11,807 bases of DNA from Nitrospinota bacterium (GTDB taxonomy: Bacteria > UBA8248), in contig JAZAHK010000045.1 in assembly GCA_036231405.1 (NCBI GenBank), positions 1 to 11,807 on the forward strand, in the 5' to 3' direction. Positions 1-7,371 of the stretch are shown here, in pieces. Position 1 is the stretch's first letter. Each line of letters starts with the position of its first letter. The notes below the pieces were generated by a model. That model was not told the DNA's origin. It did not search any database and saw nothing but the letters and a program-made list of their open reading frames with translations. Both the position numbers and the translations under genes were made by a program.

Positions 1-837
1 GAACATAAGAAAGACGATCTGATAAAACATATCCACAAGAGGGAGACTCCCTACAATCTTGCGATTATAAAAGGTGGTGCTAGTTTGTCAGGTTTATGGG
101 TTTATAAGAATGACGGAACGGATGTACGGTGCCTTGGAGCAGCATTGAAAGCGGAGCCTAATCTTTGCTCTTTTGCTTCTCTAGAACAGGCCATTAGAGA
201 TAATATTGGAGACGATGCTCACGTAGAAGCATCTAGGGAAGTCTTCGAAGATGTTCGAATGAATCTTATTAAACCTGGAGAAGGAAATCCAGAAGAGCCA
301 TTTACATTCCAGCTGCTGAAATGGACTGAAATGCGTGAAGGTATAGCGATAGACGCTGTTGGGGGACATAACGGTTTTGGAGATTCGGATGAAGGCTATG
401 TTCCTGGAAGAAACGATAAATTTAAGAAATGGTCAACCAGAACGATGCGTCCAGTTGTTGCATTTGATAAATGTACGAAATGTACTCTCTGTTGGGTCGC
501 TTGTCCTGATACTGTTTTTGATGTTACGCCTGACGGTTATTACGACGCGAATATGGAAGCTTGTTGTGGATGTGGTGTTTGTGAAGCAATCTGTCCCGTG
601 CCAGAATGTATAACGATGGTAAATGAGGTGGTTTTTGAAGAACGAGATAGTCAATACGTGATGTGGAATAAAGATAAAGAAAATTATTCCAAATACGTAA
701 GTGATAAAACCTCTTCAGGAAAAGTCGAAAATAGGCACCCAATTACAGGTCTGGCTGGTGCATTTTCTGGTGCCGGTCTTGATAATGGACATAATAATAA
801 CTCATCCCTAAGCAAAGGTCTTCGGGATTTTAAATAG
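1..837 (+). CDS. 2-oxoacid:ferredoxin oxidoreductase gamma/delta-type subunit (oxalate oxidoreductase delta-like) with 2x[4Fe-4S] ferredoxin domain; 5'-truncated by the window edge
   Basis: Frame 1 is open from base 1 (EHKKDDLIKHIHKRETPYNLAIIKGGASLSGLW...), so the TTG at 85 is internal. Two CxxCxxCxxxCP motifs (CTKCTLCWVACP from nt 472; CCGCGVCEAICP) follow an RTMRPVV segment typical of POR delta subunits. Lies directly upstream of the alpha and beta genes. Confidence 0.88.
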   Translation, partial: EHKKDDLIKHIHKRETPYNLAIIKGGASLSGLWVYKNDGTDVRCLGAALKAEPNLCSFASLEQAIRDNIGDDAHVEASREVFEDVRMNLIKPGEGNPEEPFTFQLLKWTEMREGIAIDAVGGHNGFGDSDEGYVPGRNDKFKKWSTRTMRPVVAFDKCTKCTLCWVACPDTVFDVTPDGYYDANMEACCGCGVCEAICPVPECITMVNEVVFEERDSQYVMWNKDKENYSKYVSDKTSSGKVENRHPITGLAGAFSGAGLDNGHNNNSSLSKGLRDFK

Positions 838-840
838 GAG
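836..840 (+). promoter_or_regulatory. Shine-Dalgarno sequence for the alpha subunit, overlapping the upstream stop codon
   Basis: AGGAG 6 nt before ATG 847, overlapping TAG 835-837. Confidence 0.7.
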
Positions 841-846
841 TATCCA

Positions 847-2061
847 ATGTCTACCGCAATTGAAGAAAAAAGTTCTGAGAATCTCCTTCTCACAGGAAGT
901 GAGGTTATGGCTCATGTTTGTAGACTCGCAGATGTAGATGTGATCACAGCGTACCCAATTAGACCATATGATACTGTTATGCAGTATGTATCTAATTTCA
1001 TTGCGAATGGTGAATTTGATGCTGATTATATTCCTGCAGAAAGTGAACACGGACAATTTGAAATAGTAAAACATGCTTCTGCATGCGGAGCACGGGTTTT
1101 TACTGGTTCTAGTGGTGTTGGCTGGCTCTATGCCATGGAACCTCTTGCAGTTACAGCGGGACTTCGAATCCCAATGGTCGCTTTATGTGGTTGTAGAGCC
1201 TTAGACGATCCCGGTGCTTTTGGTACAGAACATAATGATGCAATGCTGGTTAGAGATTTAGGGTGGATGATTAATTTTCCTGACACTGTGCAAGAGGTAG
1301 TAGAATTGGGGTTAATGTCTTATCGGGTAGCAGAAGACCCTAGTGTTTTCCTTCCGTGCGCTATTGCTATGGATGGGGGTTTTCTCACTCATAGTCAGGC
1401 AGTTGTAAAAGTTCCAACAAAGGAACAAGTTACTGAGTTTCTACCTCCTTATGATCGCGGTGATTTAATGCTTCATCCGGATAATCCGATAACGATTGCT
1501 CCCCAAGCAAATGAAGATTGGCTCATGGAAGTAAGGAGACAGAGCAGTGAGGCCGCTAAGAGGTCCTACACTGTTTTGAAAGACGCTCATAAAGATTTCA
1601 ATCGTATTTTTGGAGAAGATACTGATCCGTTTATAGAAGAGTATATGACTGACGATGCGGATGTAGTGCTTTGCGGTATGGGTACATTGAGCCTTCCTTC
1701 AAAAGTTGCAATTCGTGAAATGAGAAAAGATGGTAAAAAAGTAGGATTAGTGAGATTGAAGTGGTTCCGACCATTTCCAACTGAAGAATTGCGAAATTCT
1801 TTCTCTAGATTTAAAGCCGTCGGAGTTATTGATAGGGATTATTCTTTTGGTTCGCCTTATCATGGTGGCATTTTATTTAATGAAGTAAAAGCCGCAATGT
1901 ATGGGGCAGATGAACAGCCTGCAATGAAGGGCTTTGTTTGTGGTCTTGGTGGACGAGAAGTAACCTTAAAAGATATTACTTATATTGCTGACCAAGTGAT
2001 TGCTGTAGGAGAAAGTGGAAGTACTTCTACTGAAATTGATTGGGTCGGAGTGAGGGGATAA
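847..2061 (+). CDS. 2-oxoacid:ferredoxin oxidoreductase alpha subunit, oxalate oxidoreductase-like
   Basis: AYPIRP (variant of YPITP), ESEH containing the ThDP-activating Glu, GARVFTGSSGVG, FRPFP and C-terminal GLGGR motifs; 404 aa. The N-terminal LADVDVI..YPIRPY and ARVFTGSSGVG match my recollection of Moorella thermoacetica OOR alpha. Confidence 0.92.
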   Translation: MSTAIEEKSSENLLLTGSEVMAHVCRLADVDVITAYPIRPYDTVMQYVSNFIANGEFDADYIPAESEHGQFEIVKHASACGARVFTGSSGVGWLYAMEPLAVTAGLRIPMVALCGCRALDDPGAFGTEHNDAMLVRDLGWMINFPDTVQEVVELGLMSYRVAEDPSVFLPCAIAMDGGFLTHSQAVVKVPTKEQVTEFLPPYDRGDLMLHPDNPITIAPQANEDWLMEVRRQSSEAAKRSYTVLKDAHKDFNRIFGEDTDPFIEEYMTDDADVVLCGMGTLSLPSKVAIREMRKDGKKVGLVRLKWFRPFPTEELRNSFSRFKAVGVIDRDYSFGSPYHGGILFNEVKAAMYGADEQPAMKGFVCGLGGREVTLKDITYIADQVIAVGESGSTSTEIDWVGVRG

Positions 2062-2065
2062 TTCA

Positions 2066-3091
2066 ATGAGCGATTCTTTATATCATATTGGAACACAAGA
2101 ACTTCCCATGATGGGAAAAGTGAATGAGATACCAGAAAAAGCAGTAGAGGAATATTATACTAGTGGCCACAGAACTTGTCAGGGATGTGAAAGTGCTTTG
2201 ATAATGCGTCTTATGGCTAAAGCAGCAGGGCCACGTACGATAATTCTTGGAAGCACAGGATGTATGTATGTTGCAAACACAACTTATTATAGTACCCCTT
2301 GGGTCGTGCCGTGGATGCATACCCAACTTGGTTCATCTGGTTCCGCAGCAACCGGAACAGCCGCCGCACTCCGCGCTCTTATGAGAAAAGGAAAAATGGA
2401 CGAAGAACCCATAAATATTATTTCTTTTTGTGGTGATGGTGGTGGAGTTGACATGGGCGTTGCTTCCATTTCAGCAGCTTTGATGCATGCAGAGTACAAT
2501 CATCTAATTATCTGCTACGATAACGAATCTTACGCTAATACAGACATACAAATTTCTGGAGCTTCTACTTGGGGTGCAAACACTACGTTTACTCCACCTG
2601 GAAAAAAATACCGTATAATGCATACTAGATGGAAAAAAAATATAGCAGCTTTATACGCAGTTGGTCATACGAAGTGCAATTATTTTGCTACTGGAGATGC
2701 TTCTTATCCTGCAGATCTCATAGACAAGGTGAGGAAAGGACTTGCTACCCCTGGTCCTGCTTTTATTCATACTCTCGATCCTTGCCCTAAGGGCTGGGAT
2801 TACGATCCTTTCTATTCTCATAAGCTTGGTGAACTAGCTGTGCAAAGTGGTATTTTTCCTCTTTGGGAAGTAACTGATGGAGAACTTGTTTATACTGGAG
2901 TGTCTGCACGTCAGGTCTATGGCAAAAGGTCTAGGAAGCCAGTAAGAGAATATCTGGAAGCACAAGGAAGATTCCATCATTTTATTGATGAAGATTATGA
3001 TTATATACAAACAGAGGTTGATAAAATGTGGGATGAATGGATGCTACCAGGAGTTATTCCATTTAAGCTTGGAGAAGAAAAAAGAGGGTAA
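2066..3091 (+). CDS. 2-oxoacid:ferredoxin oxidoreductase beta subunit (ThDP-binding, [4Fe-4S]), oxalate oxidoreductase-like
   Basis: GHRTCQGC, TGCMYVANT and PCPKGW supply four cluster cysteines. GDGG...YDNESYANT is the ThDP/Mg motif. GANTTFTPPG is also present. Starts 4 nt after the alpha gene. Confidence 0.92.
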   Translation: MSDSLYHIGTQELPMMGKVNEIPEKAVEEYYTSGHRTCQGCESALIMRLMAKAAGPRTIILGSTGCMYVANTTYYSTPWVVPWMHTQLGSSGSAATGTAAALRALMRKGKMDEEPINIISFCGDGGGVDMGVASISAALMHAEYNHLIICYDNESYANTDIQISGASTWGANTTFTPPGKKYRIMHTRWKKNIAALYAVGHTKCNYFATGDASYPADLIDKVRKGLATPGPAFIHTLDPCPKGWDYDPFYSHKLGELAVQSGIFPLWEVTDGELVYTGVSARQVYGKRSRKPVREYLEAQGRFHHFIDEDYDYIQTEVDKMWDEWMLPGVIPFKLGEEKRG

Positions 3092-3113
3092 TTGTCTTAA
3101 TTTTTTGGAATCC

Positions 3114-3148
3114 AGACGGGGTTTGTTACAAGCCCCGTCTTTCTTTTT
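3114..3148 (+). terminator. Rho-independent terminator ending the oxidoreductase operon
   Basis: AGACGGGGTTTG-TTA-CAAGCCCCGTCT forms a 12-bp stem with one G:U pair and is followed by TTCTTTTT; it begins 22 nt after the beta stop. Confidence 0.88.
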
Positions 3149-3178
3149 GATAAAAACCTTTTTAAAAGGGCAACTTAG

Positions 3179-4057
3179 ATGAAAGTAAAAAATAGTGCTG
3201 ATGGGTCTCCGATGGTGCATATTCCCTCAGGTGCGTTTTTGATGGGATCAAATGAAGGGAATCATGATGAGAAACCTATGAGAGAAGTCCAACTTTCAGA
3301 GTTTTGGATAGATAAACATGCAGTTACGAATAGACAATATAGTAAATTTCTAGAAGAAACTAACGCGTTCAAACCGCCTCCATCTTTTGTCAAAGATGAT
3401 TTCATTTCACCAGAACAACCAGTAGTTTCTGTCAGTTGGGAAGAAGCAAAAACTTACAGCGAATGGCATGGAAAACGTTTACCAACTGAAGCAGAATGGG
3501 AAAAAGCTGCAAGGGGAACAGATGGGAGAACGTATCCATGGGGAGAAAATTCTCCAACAAGAGAATTTGCTGTTTATGCATCAGAAGATGTGAACTGCCC
3601 AAGGAATGTTTCCGATCTTGAAGATTCAGTTTCACCTTATGGTTGCATACAAATGGCAGGCAATATTTTCGAATGGGTTTCTGACTGGTTTGATGGTTTT
3701 TATTATCAAAATGCTTCCAATGAAAATCCGAAAGGGCCGTCTTGTCCTACTTTTGAAATAGCAGTCTCAAAAATTTCAATTTTTGCAATTCCAGGAGGTG
3801 GAAATCTTGCAATTGGAGAAGCAAAAAGAGGGGAAAGATATGAAATTCTCGGGCGTGAAAAAGACGTTTTTAAGATAAAGTACGCTGATTTAGAAGGGTG
3901 GTTGCCAAGGAAAGCTGGCTATGCTTGGACGGCTAAAACTGTCAGGGGTTGTGGTTGGGATTATATTGAAGACAGTTTGCGTTGTTCATCGCGTGAAGGA
4001 TTTGAGCCATGGTATAAAAATTTTAATTTGGGGTTCCGATGCGTTTTGGACAGTTAA
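3179..4057 (+). CDS. Formylglycine-generating-enzyme (SUMF1/FGE-sulfatase) fold protein with an internal SH3b-like insertion
   Basis: IPSGAFLMGS, EKP, VTNRQY, PVVSVSWEEA, RLPTEAEWEKAARG, YPWG, SPYG..MAGNIFEWVSDW, NPKGP and C-terminal LGFRCV. The CxxxxC pair of true FGE is absent. About 60 extra residues lie between NPKGP and VRG. Confidence 0.88.
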   Translation: MKVKNSADGSPMVHIPSGAFLMGSNEGNHDEKPMREVQLSEFWIDKHAVTNRQYSKFLEETNAFKPPPSFVKDDFISPEQPVVSVSWEEAKTYSEWHGKRLPTEAEWEKAARGTDGRTYPWGENSPTREFAVYASEDVNCPRNVSDLEDSVSPYGCIQMAGNIFEWVSDWFDGFYYQNASNENPKGPSCPTFEIAVSKISIFAIPGGGNLAIGEAKRGERYEILGREKDVFKIKYADLEGWLPRKAGYAWTAKTVRGCGWDYIEDSLRCSSREGFEPWYKNFNLGFRCVLDS

Positions 4058-4167
4058 TGATAAATATGAATACATTCTATTGAAATTACAGGAAATTAAT
4101 TTGAAAAAGACGCGATTTTATGTAATTCCTAATATGATTTATCATCTTCTAATTTTTAATTTTTAGT

Positions 4168-5415
4168 ATGGCGAAAAAAATAAAGGAGAAAATTTTGATT
4201 TCCGTAGAGGAAGCGCAGGATATAATTTTTTCTTCCATAAATTCTTTTGGCAGTACAAGTGTGAATATAGAGAATGCTATGGGGAGAATTCTTGCGGATG
4301 ATGTTTTTTCTGAAAGGGAGATTCCTCCTTGGGCAAACTCAGCTATGGATGGATATGCTGTGAGGGCAGAAGATTTAAAGGATGCAAGAAAAGATAACCC
4401 TGTAGTTTTGAAAGTGATTGAGAGAATTCAAGCAGGAGTTAAGGCTAAATCTGTACTGAATGAAGGGGAGGCGATTCGTATCATGACAGGTGCTCCTATT
4501 CCTGATGGTGCCGATGCAATTGTTTTGCAAGAAGAAACTGAAGAAAACGATTCTGGTGACGTCAAAATTTTCATAAGTGTCGAATCTGGAGAATCTGTAA
4601 GGGTGGCTGGAGAAGATGTGGAAATTGGTGATTTGGTTGTTTCAAGAGGAATTAAGTTGAGACCTCCCGCGATTGGGATGCTGGCTAATATAGGAACTGC
4701 TAAATGTAATGTTTCTAAAAAACCCAAAGTTGCTATTTTAGCTACAGGAGAAGAATTGGTTGATTTGAATGAAGTTCCTAAAGAAGGCCAAATATTTAAT
4801 TCTAATTCATATGCACTTGCCGCGCAGGTAGAAGAGGCAGGAGGAGAACCAATCCTTTTGGGAATAGCAAAAGATAATTCAGATGATTTAATTAAAGGGA
4901 TAAAACGTGGAATGTCTGCAGATATTTTGATTACTAGTGGAGGGGTGTCTGTAGGAGATTATGATTTAGTGAAAGATGCATTGAAAGAACTCGGTAACGA
5001 AATTAATTTTTGGAGAATTAGAATGAAACCTGGGAAGCCTATGGCTTTTGGTATGCTAGGAGGAAATCCATTCTTTGGTCTCCCAGGAAACCCAGTTTCT
5101 ACAATGGTCACTTTTGAACTGTTTGTCCGACCTGTTTTGCTTAAAATGCAGGGGGCAAAAGATATTTTTCGCACAAAAGTGAATGCGATACTAAAAGGAG
5201 AATTGCTTAAATCCCCAGAGAGAAGACACTATGTAAGAGCAGTAACTGCTTTCATAGGAGATGTATGGGAAGCAAAACCTTTAGAAGTGCAAGGGTCGAA
5301 CATACTTCATACAATGGTTAAATCAAATTCATTGGTTGTATTCCCTGAGTATGAAACTAAATTAGAAGACGGAAAGACGGTTGAGGTTATTTTGCTGGAT
5401 GGCACAATGTCTTAG
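4168..5415 (+). CDS. moeA: Molybdopterin molybdotransferase MoeA (gephyrin E-like)
   Basis: GRILA, NSAMDGYAV, IMTGAPIPDGADAIV, TGEEL, SGGVSVGDYD, KPGKP, GLPGNPVS; 415 aa. Confidence 0.96.
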   Translation: MAKKIKEKILISVEEAQDIIFSSINSFGSTSVNIENAMGRILADDVFSEREIPPWANSAMDGYAVRAEDLKDARKDNPVVLKVIERIQAGVKAKSVLNEGEAIRIMTGAPIPDGADAIVLQEETEENDSGDVKIFISVESGESVRVAGEDVEIGDLVVSRGIKLRPPAIGMLANIGTAKCNVSKKPKVAILATGEELVDLNEVPKEGQIFNSNSYALAAQVEEAGGEPILLGIAKDNSDDLIKGIKRGMSADILITSGGVSVGDYDLVKDALKELGNEINFWRIRMKPGKPMAFGMLGGNPFFGLPGNPVSTMVTFELFVRPVLLKMQGAKDIFRTKVNAILKGELLKSPERRHYVRAVTAFIGDVWEAKPLEVQGSNILHTMVKSNSLVVFPEYETKLEDGKTVEVILLDGTMS

Positions 5416-5458
5416 AATAATTATATTTAGTTTTCAGAATACATAATTAGGAAAAGTT

Positions 5459-6064
5459 ATGTCGCCAATTTCAATTTCTGCTGCAATTTTAGCAGGAGGA
5501 CAAAGTAAAAGATTGGGAGGAGACGATAAATCTCTATTTCGCACCAATGGGATAACTTTTCTTGAATCTGTTTATAAAGCTTTAGGCGAAAGCTTTCACG
5601 AAATTTTTGTTATATCAAATAAGAGTAAAAAAATAGAAGAAATGGGTTTTATGGCACACGCAGATGTCATTCCTGATAAAGGTCCGTTAGGAGGTCTTTA
5701 TACTGCCCTATCTCTTTGTGCTACTCAAAAGCTCCTTCTGGTGGCATGTGATATGCCGTTTTTAGATTCAAATTTAGTGAAAAATTTTATACTTTCAGTT
5801 TCTAATGAAGATGTTTTTATTCCGATCAACCAATCTAGTCCAGAACCTCTCTTTGCAGTATACGATAGAAAGTGTCTTCCTGCTATAATAGACAAAATAG
5901 AAAGAGAAGAACTTCAAATGACTTCATTTTTTTCTGGGTTAAAAGTTCGTTACCTAGAAGAGGAAACTTGGCGAAAGTGGGATGTAGAAGGGGAATCTTT
6001 TAAAAATATCAACACTCCAGATGATATTGAGTATTCTGAAAAATTTATTGAAAGGAGTTTTTAG
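5459..6064 (+). CDS. mobA: Molybdenum cofactor guanylyltransferase MobA
   Basis: ILAGGQSKRLG, GPLGGL, ACDMPF, EPLFAVY, NINTPDD; adjacent to moeA. Confidence 0.92.
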   Translation: MSPISISAAILAGGQSKRLGGDDKSLFRTNGITFLESVYKALGESFHEIFVISNKSKKIEEMGFMAHADVIPDKGPLGGLYTALSLCATQKLLLVACDMPFLDSNLVKNFILSVSNEDVFIPINQSSPEPLFAVYDRKCLPAIIDKIEREELQMTSFFSGLKVRYLEEETWRKWDVEGESFKNINTPDDIEYSEKFIERSF

Positions 6065-6066
6065 AA

Positions 6067-6522
6067 TTGAGTATAGATGAAAGATTAGCAGAATTAGAAA
6101 TTGATTTACCAGATGCCCCATCTCCAGTAGGATCTTATGTTCCTTACGTAGAGTCTAATTCGATGTTATATATTTCCGGTCAAATTCCTACAATAGATGG
6201 TAAATTGGCTTATGTAGGAAAAGTTCCAGGAAGAGTTTCTGTAAAGGATGCGAGAAATTGCGCAAAAATATGTTTTTTGAATGCTATTTCTCATGCAAAA
6301 AATGCGTTAGGTTCTCTTGATAAGATAGTTCGTATTGTAAGAATGACGGGTTACGTTGCATCATCGTCTGGTTTTACCGATCAAGCTACAGTTGTAAATG
6401 GCGCCTCTGATTTTTCCTATGAAATTTTTGGAGAGAGGGGAAAGCATGCAAGATTAGCTGTAGGAGTGTGTGAGTTGCCTTTAGGCGCACCTATAGAACT
6501 TGAAGTAATACTTCAAATATAA
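6067..6522 (+). CDS. Rid (YjgF/YER057c/UK114) family protein, probable imine/enamine deaminase, Rid1-like
   Basis: LP.AP.PVGSYVP, LYISGQIP, V.NGAS, GKHARLAVG with the conserved Arg, LPLGAPIELE. TTG start with AAAGGAG at 6051-6057. Confidence 0.9.
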   Translation: MSIDERLAELEIDLPDAPSPVGSYVPYVESNSMLYISGQIPTIDGKLAYVGKVPGRVSVKDARNCAKICFLNAISHAKNALGSLDKIVRIVRMTGYVASSSGFTDQATVVNGASDFSYEIFGERGKHARLAVGVCELPLGAPIELEVILQI

Positions 6523-6550
6523 TATGTAAACTATTGATACAATATGTGAA
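6500..6550 (+). promoter_or_regulatory. Candidate promoter/operator region upstream of lgt
   Basis: Perfect 8-1-8 palindrome TTGAAGTA-A-TACTTCAA (6500-6516), TATAAT (6518-6523), extended -10-like TGnTACAAT (6535-6543), and direct repeat AATATGTRAA at 6521 and 6541. Confidence 0.35.
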
Positions 6551-6556
6551 TAAGAT

Positions 6557-7333
6557 ATGAATCCATTAATACTTTCACTTGGTCCTTTTACGTTAAGATG
6601 GTACGGACTGATGTATGTGCTTGCACTTCTTTTTGGTGCATGGCTTGTCAATAAAGAATGTAAAAGGAAAAATCTTCCTATCACAAATGATGAAGTGATG
6701 AATTTTGCACTTATCTGCATGTTCTCAGGAGTTTTCGTTGCGAGATTGTATTATGTGGCTTTTAATTGGCACTTTTATGGAAATTACTTGTGGGAAATTC
6801 CTAAGATATGGAATGGTGGATTAGCGATTCATGGTGGAATGATAGGAGGTTTGACTGGTGGATTGATTTTTTTATCAAGGCATCAAGTACCTACTTGGTC
6901 TTTCGCTGATGCAGTATCCCCATCTATAATGTTGGGTCAGGTTTTCGGTCGTTTTGGGAATTTCATGAATGGCGATGCTCACGGGGTGCCCACTGATATG
7001 CCATGGGGGATAATTTTTCCTCAAGAAAGTATTGCAGGTAACCAATTTCCAGATCAGCCTATACATCCTGTAATGTTATATGAATTGTTTCTGAATTTGG
7101 TTTGGTTTTCTATTCTAAGAAATCTTAGATATAAAGAATATAAACCTGGCTTTTTGTTTTGCCTTTATTTTATTTTATATTCAATTGGCAGGGTGGTTGT
7201 GAGCGGATATCGTGCTGACAGTTTATGGGTTGGCTCTATTCGAGCTGCTTACCTTGCTAGTTTCTTACTTATAGTTGTCTTCGGGAGCATTATCGCTTTT
7301 GGGAGACTTTGGCAGACTTCAAAGCCAGAATAG
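6557..7333 (+). CDS. lgt: Prolipoprotein diacylglyceryl transferase
   Basis: RWYGLMY, ARLYYV, IWNGGLAIHGG, GRFGNFMNG, PWG, HP..LYE and several hydrophobic transmembrane segments. Confidence 0.93.
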   Translation: MNPLILSLGPFTLRWYGLMYVLALLFGAWLVNKECKRKNLPITNDEVMNFALICMFSGVFVARLYYVAFNWHFYGNYLWEIPKIWNGGLAIHGGMIGGLTGGLIFLSRHQVPTWSFADAVSPSIMLGQVFGRFGNFMNGDAHGVPTDMPWGIIFPQESIAGNQFPDQPIHPVMLYELFLNLVWFSILRNLRYKEYKPGFLFCLYFILYSIGRVVVSGYRADSLWVGSIRAAYLASFLLIVVFGSIIAFGRLWQTSKPE

Positions 7334-7354
7334 TTTTGAATTTCAATTATATTT

Positions 7355-7361
7355 TCTAGGA
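7355..7361 (+). promoter_or_regulatory. Strong Shine-Dalgarno region for the cyclase-family gene
   Basis: TAGGAGGT immediately upstream of ATG 7372; bounds approximate to within a few nt. Confidence 0.55.
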
Positions 7362-7371
7362 GGTAGTTGCA

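Noticed and set aside
85-87. TTG at 85 as the start of the first gene
   Set aside because: The frame is open back to base 1 and the N-terminal part of the gamma-like domain is missing, so the true start lies upstream of the window.
3157-3169. Small dyad CCTTTT-T-AAAAGG covering the SD of the FGE-fold gene
   Set aside because: The stem is only 5-6 bp and mostly A:U, which is expected by chance.
3935-4167. Diversity-generating retroelement target (FGE/C-type-lectin C-terminus ending in GFRC)
   Set aside because: No second copy (template repeat) or reverse transcriptase is in the window, and no GC-rich hairpin follows the gene. A remote DGR cannot be excluded but nothing supports it.
4058-4167. 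Moco riboswitch, ModE box or Fur box upstream of moeA
   Set aside because: The region is short and extremely AT-rich with no recognisable Moco-motif stems, and resemblance to Fur or ModE consensus is only partial.
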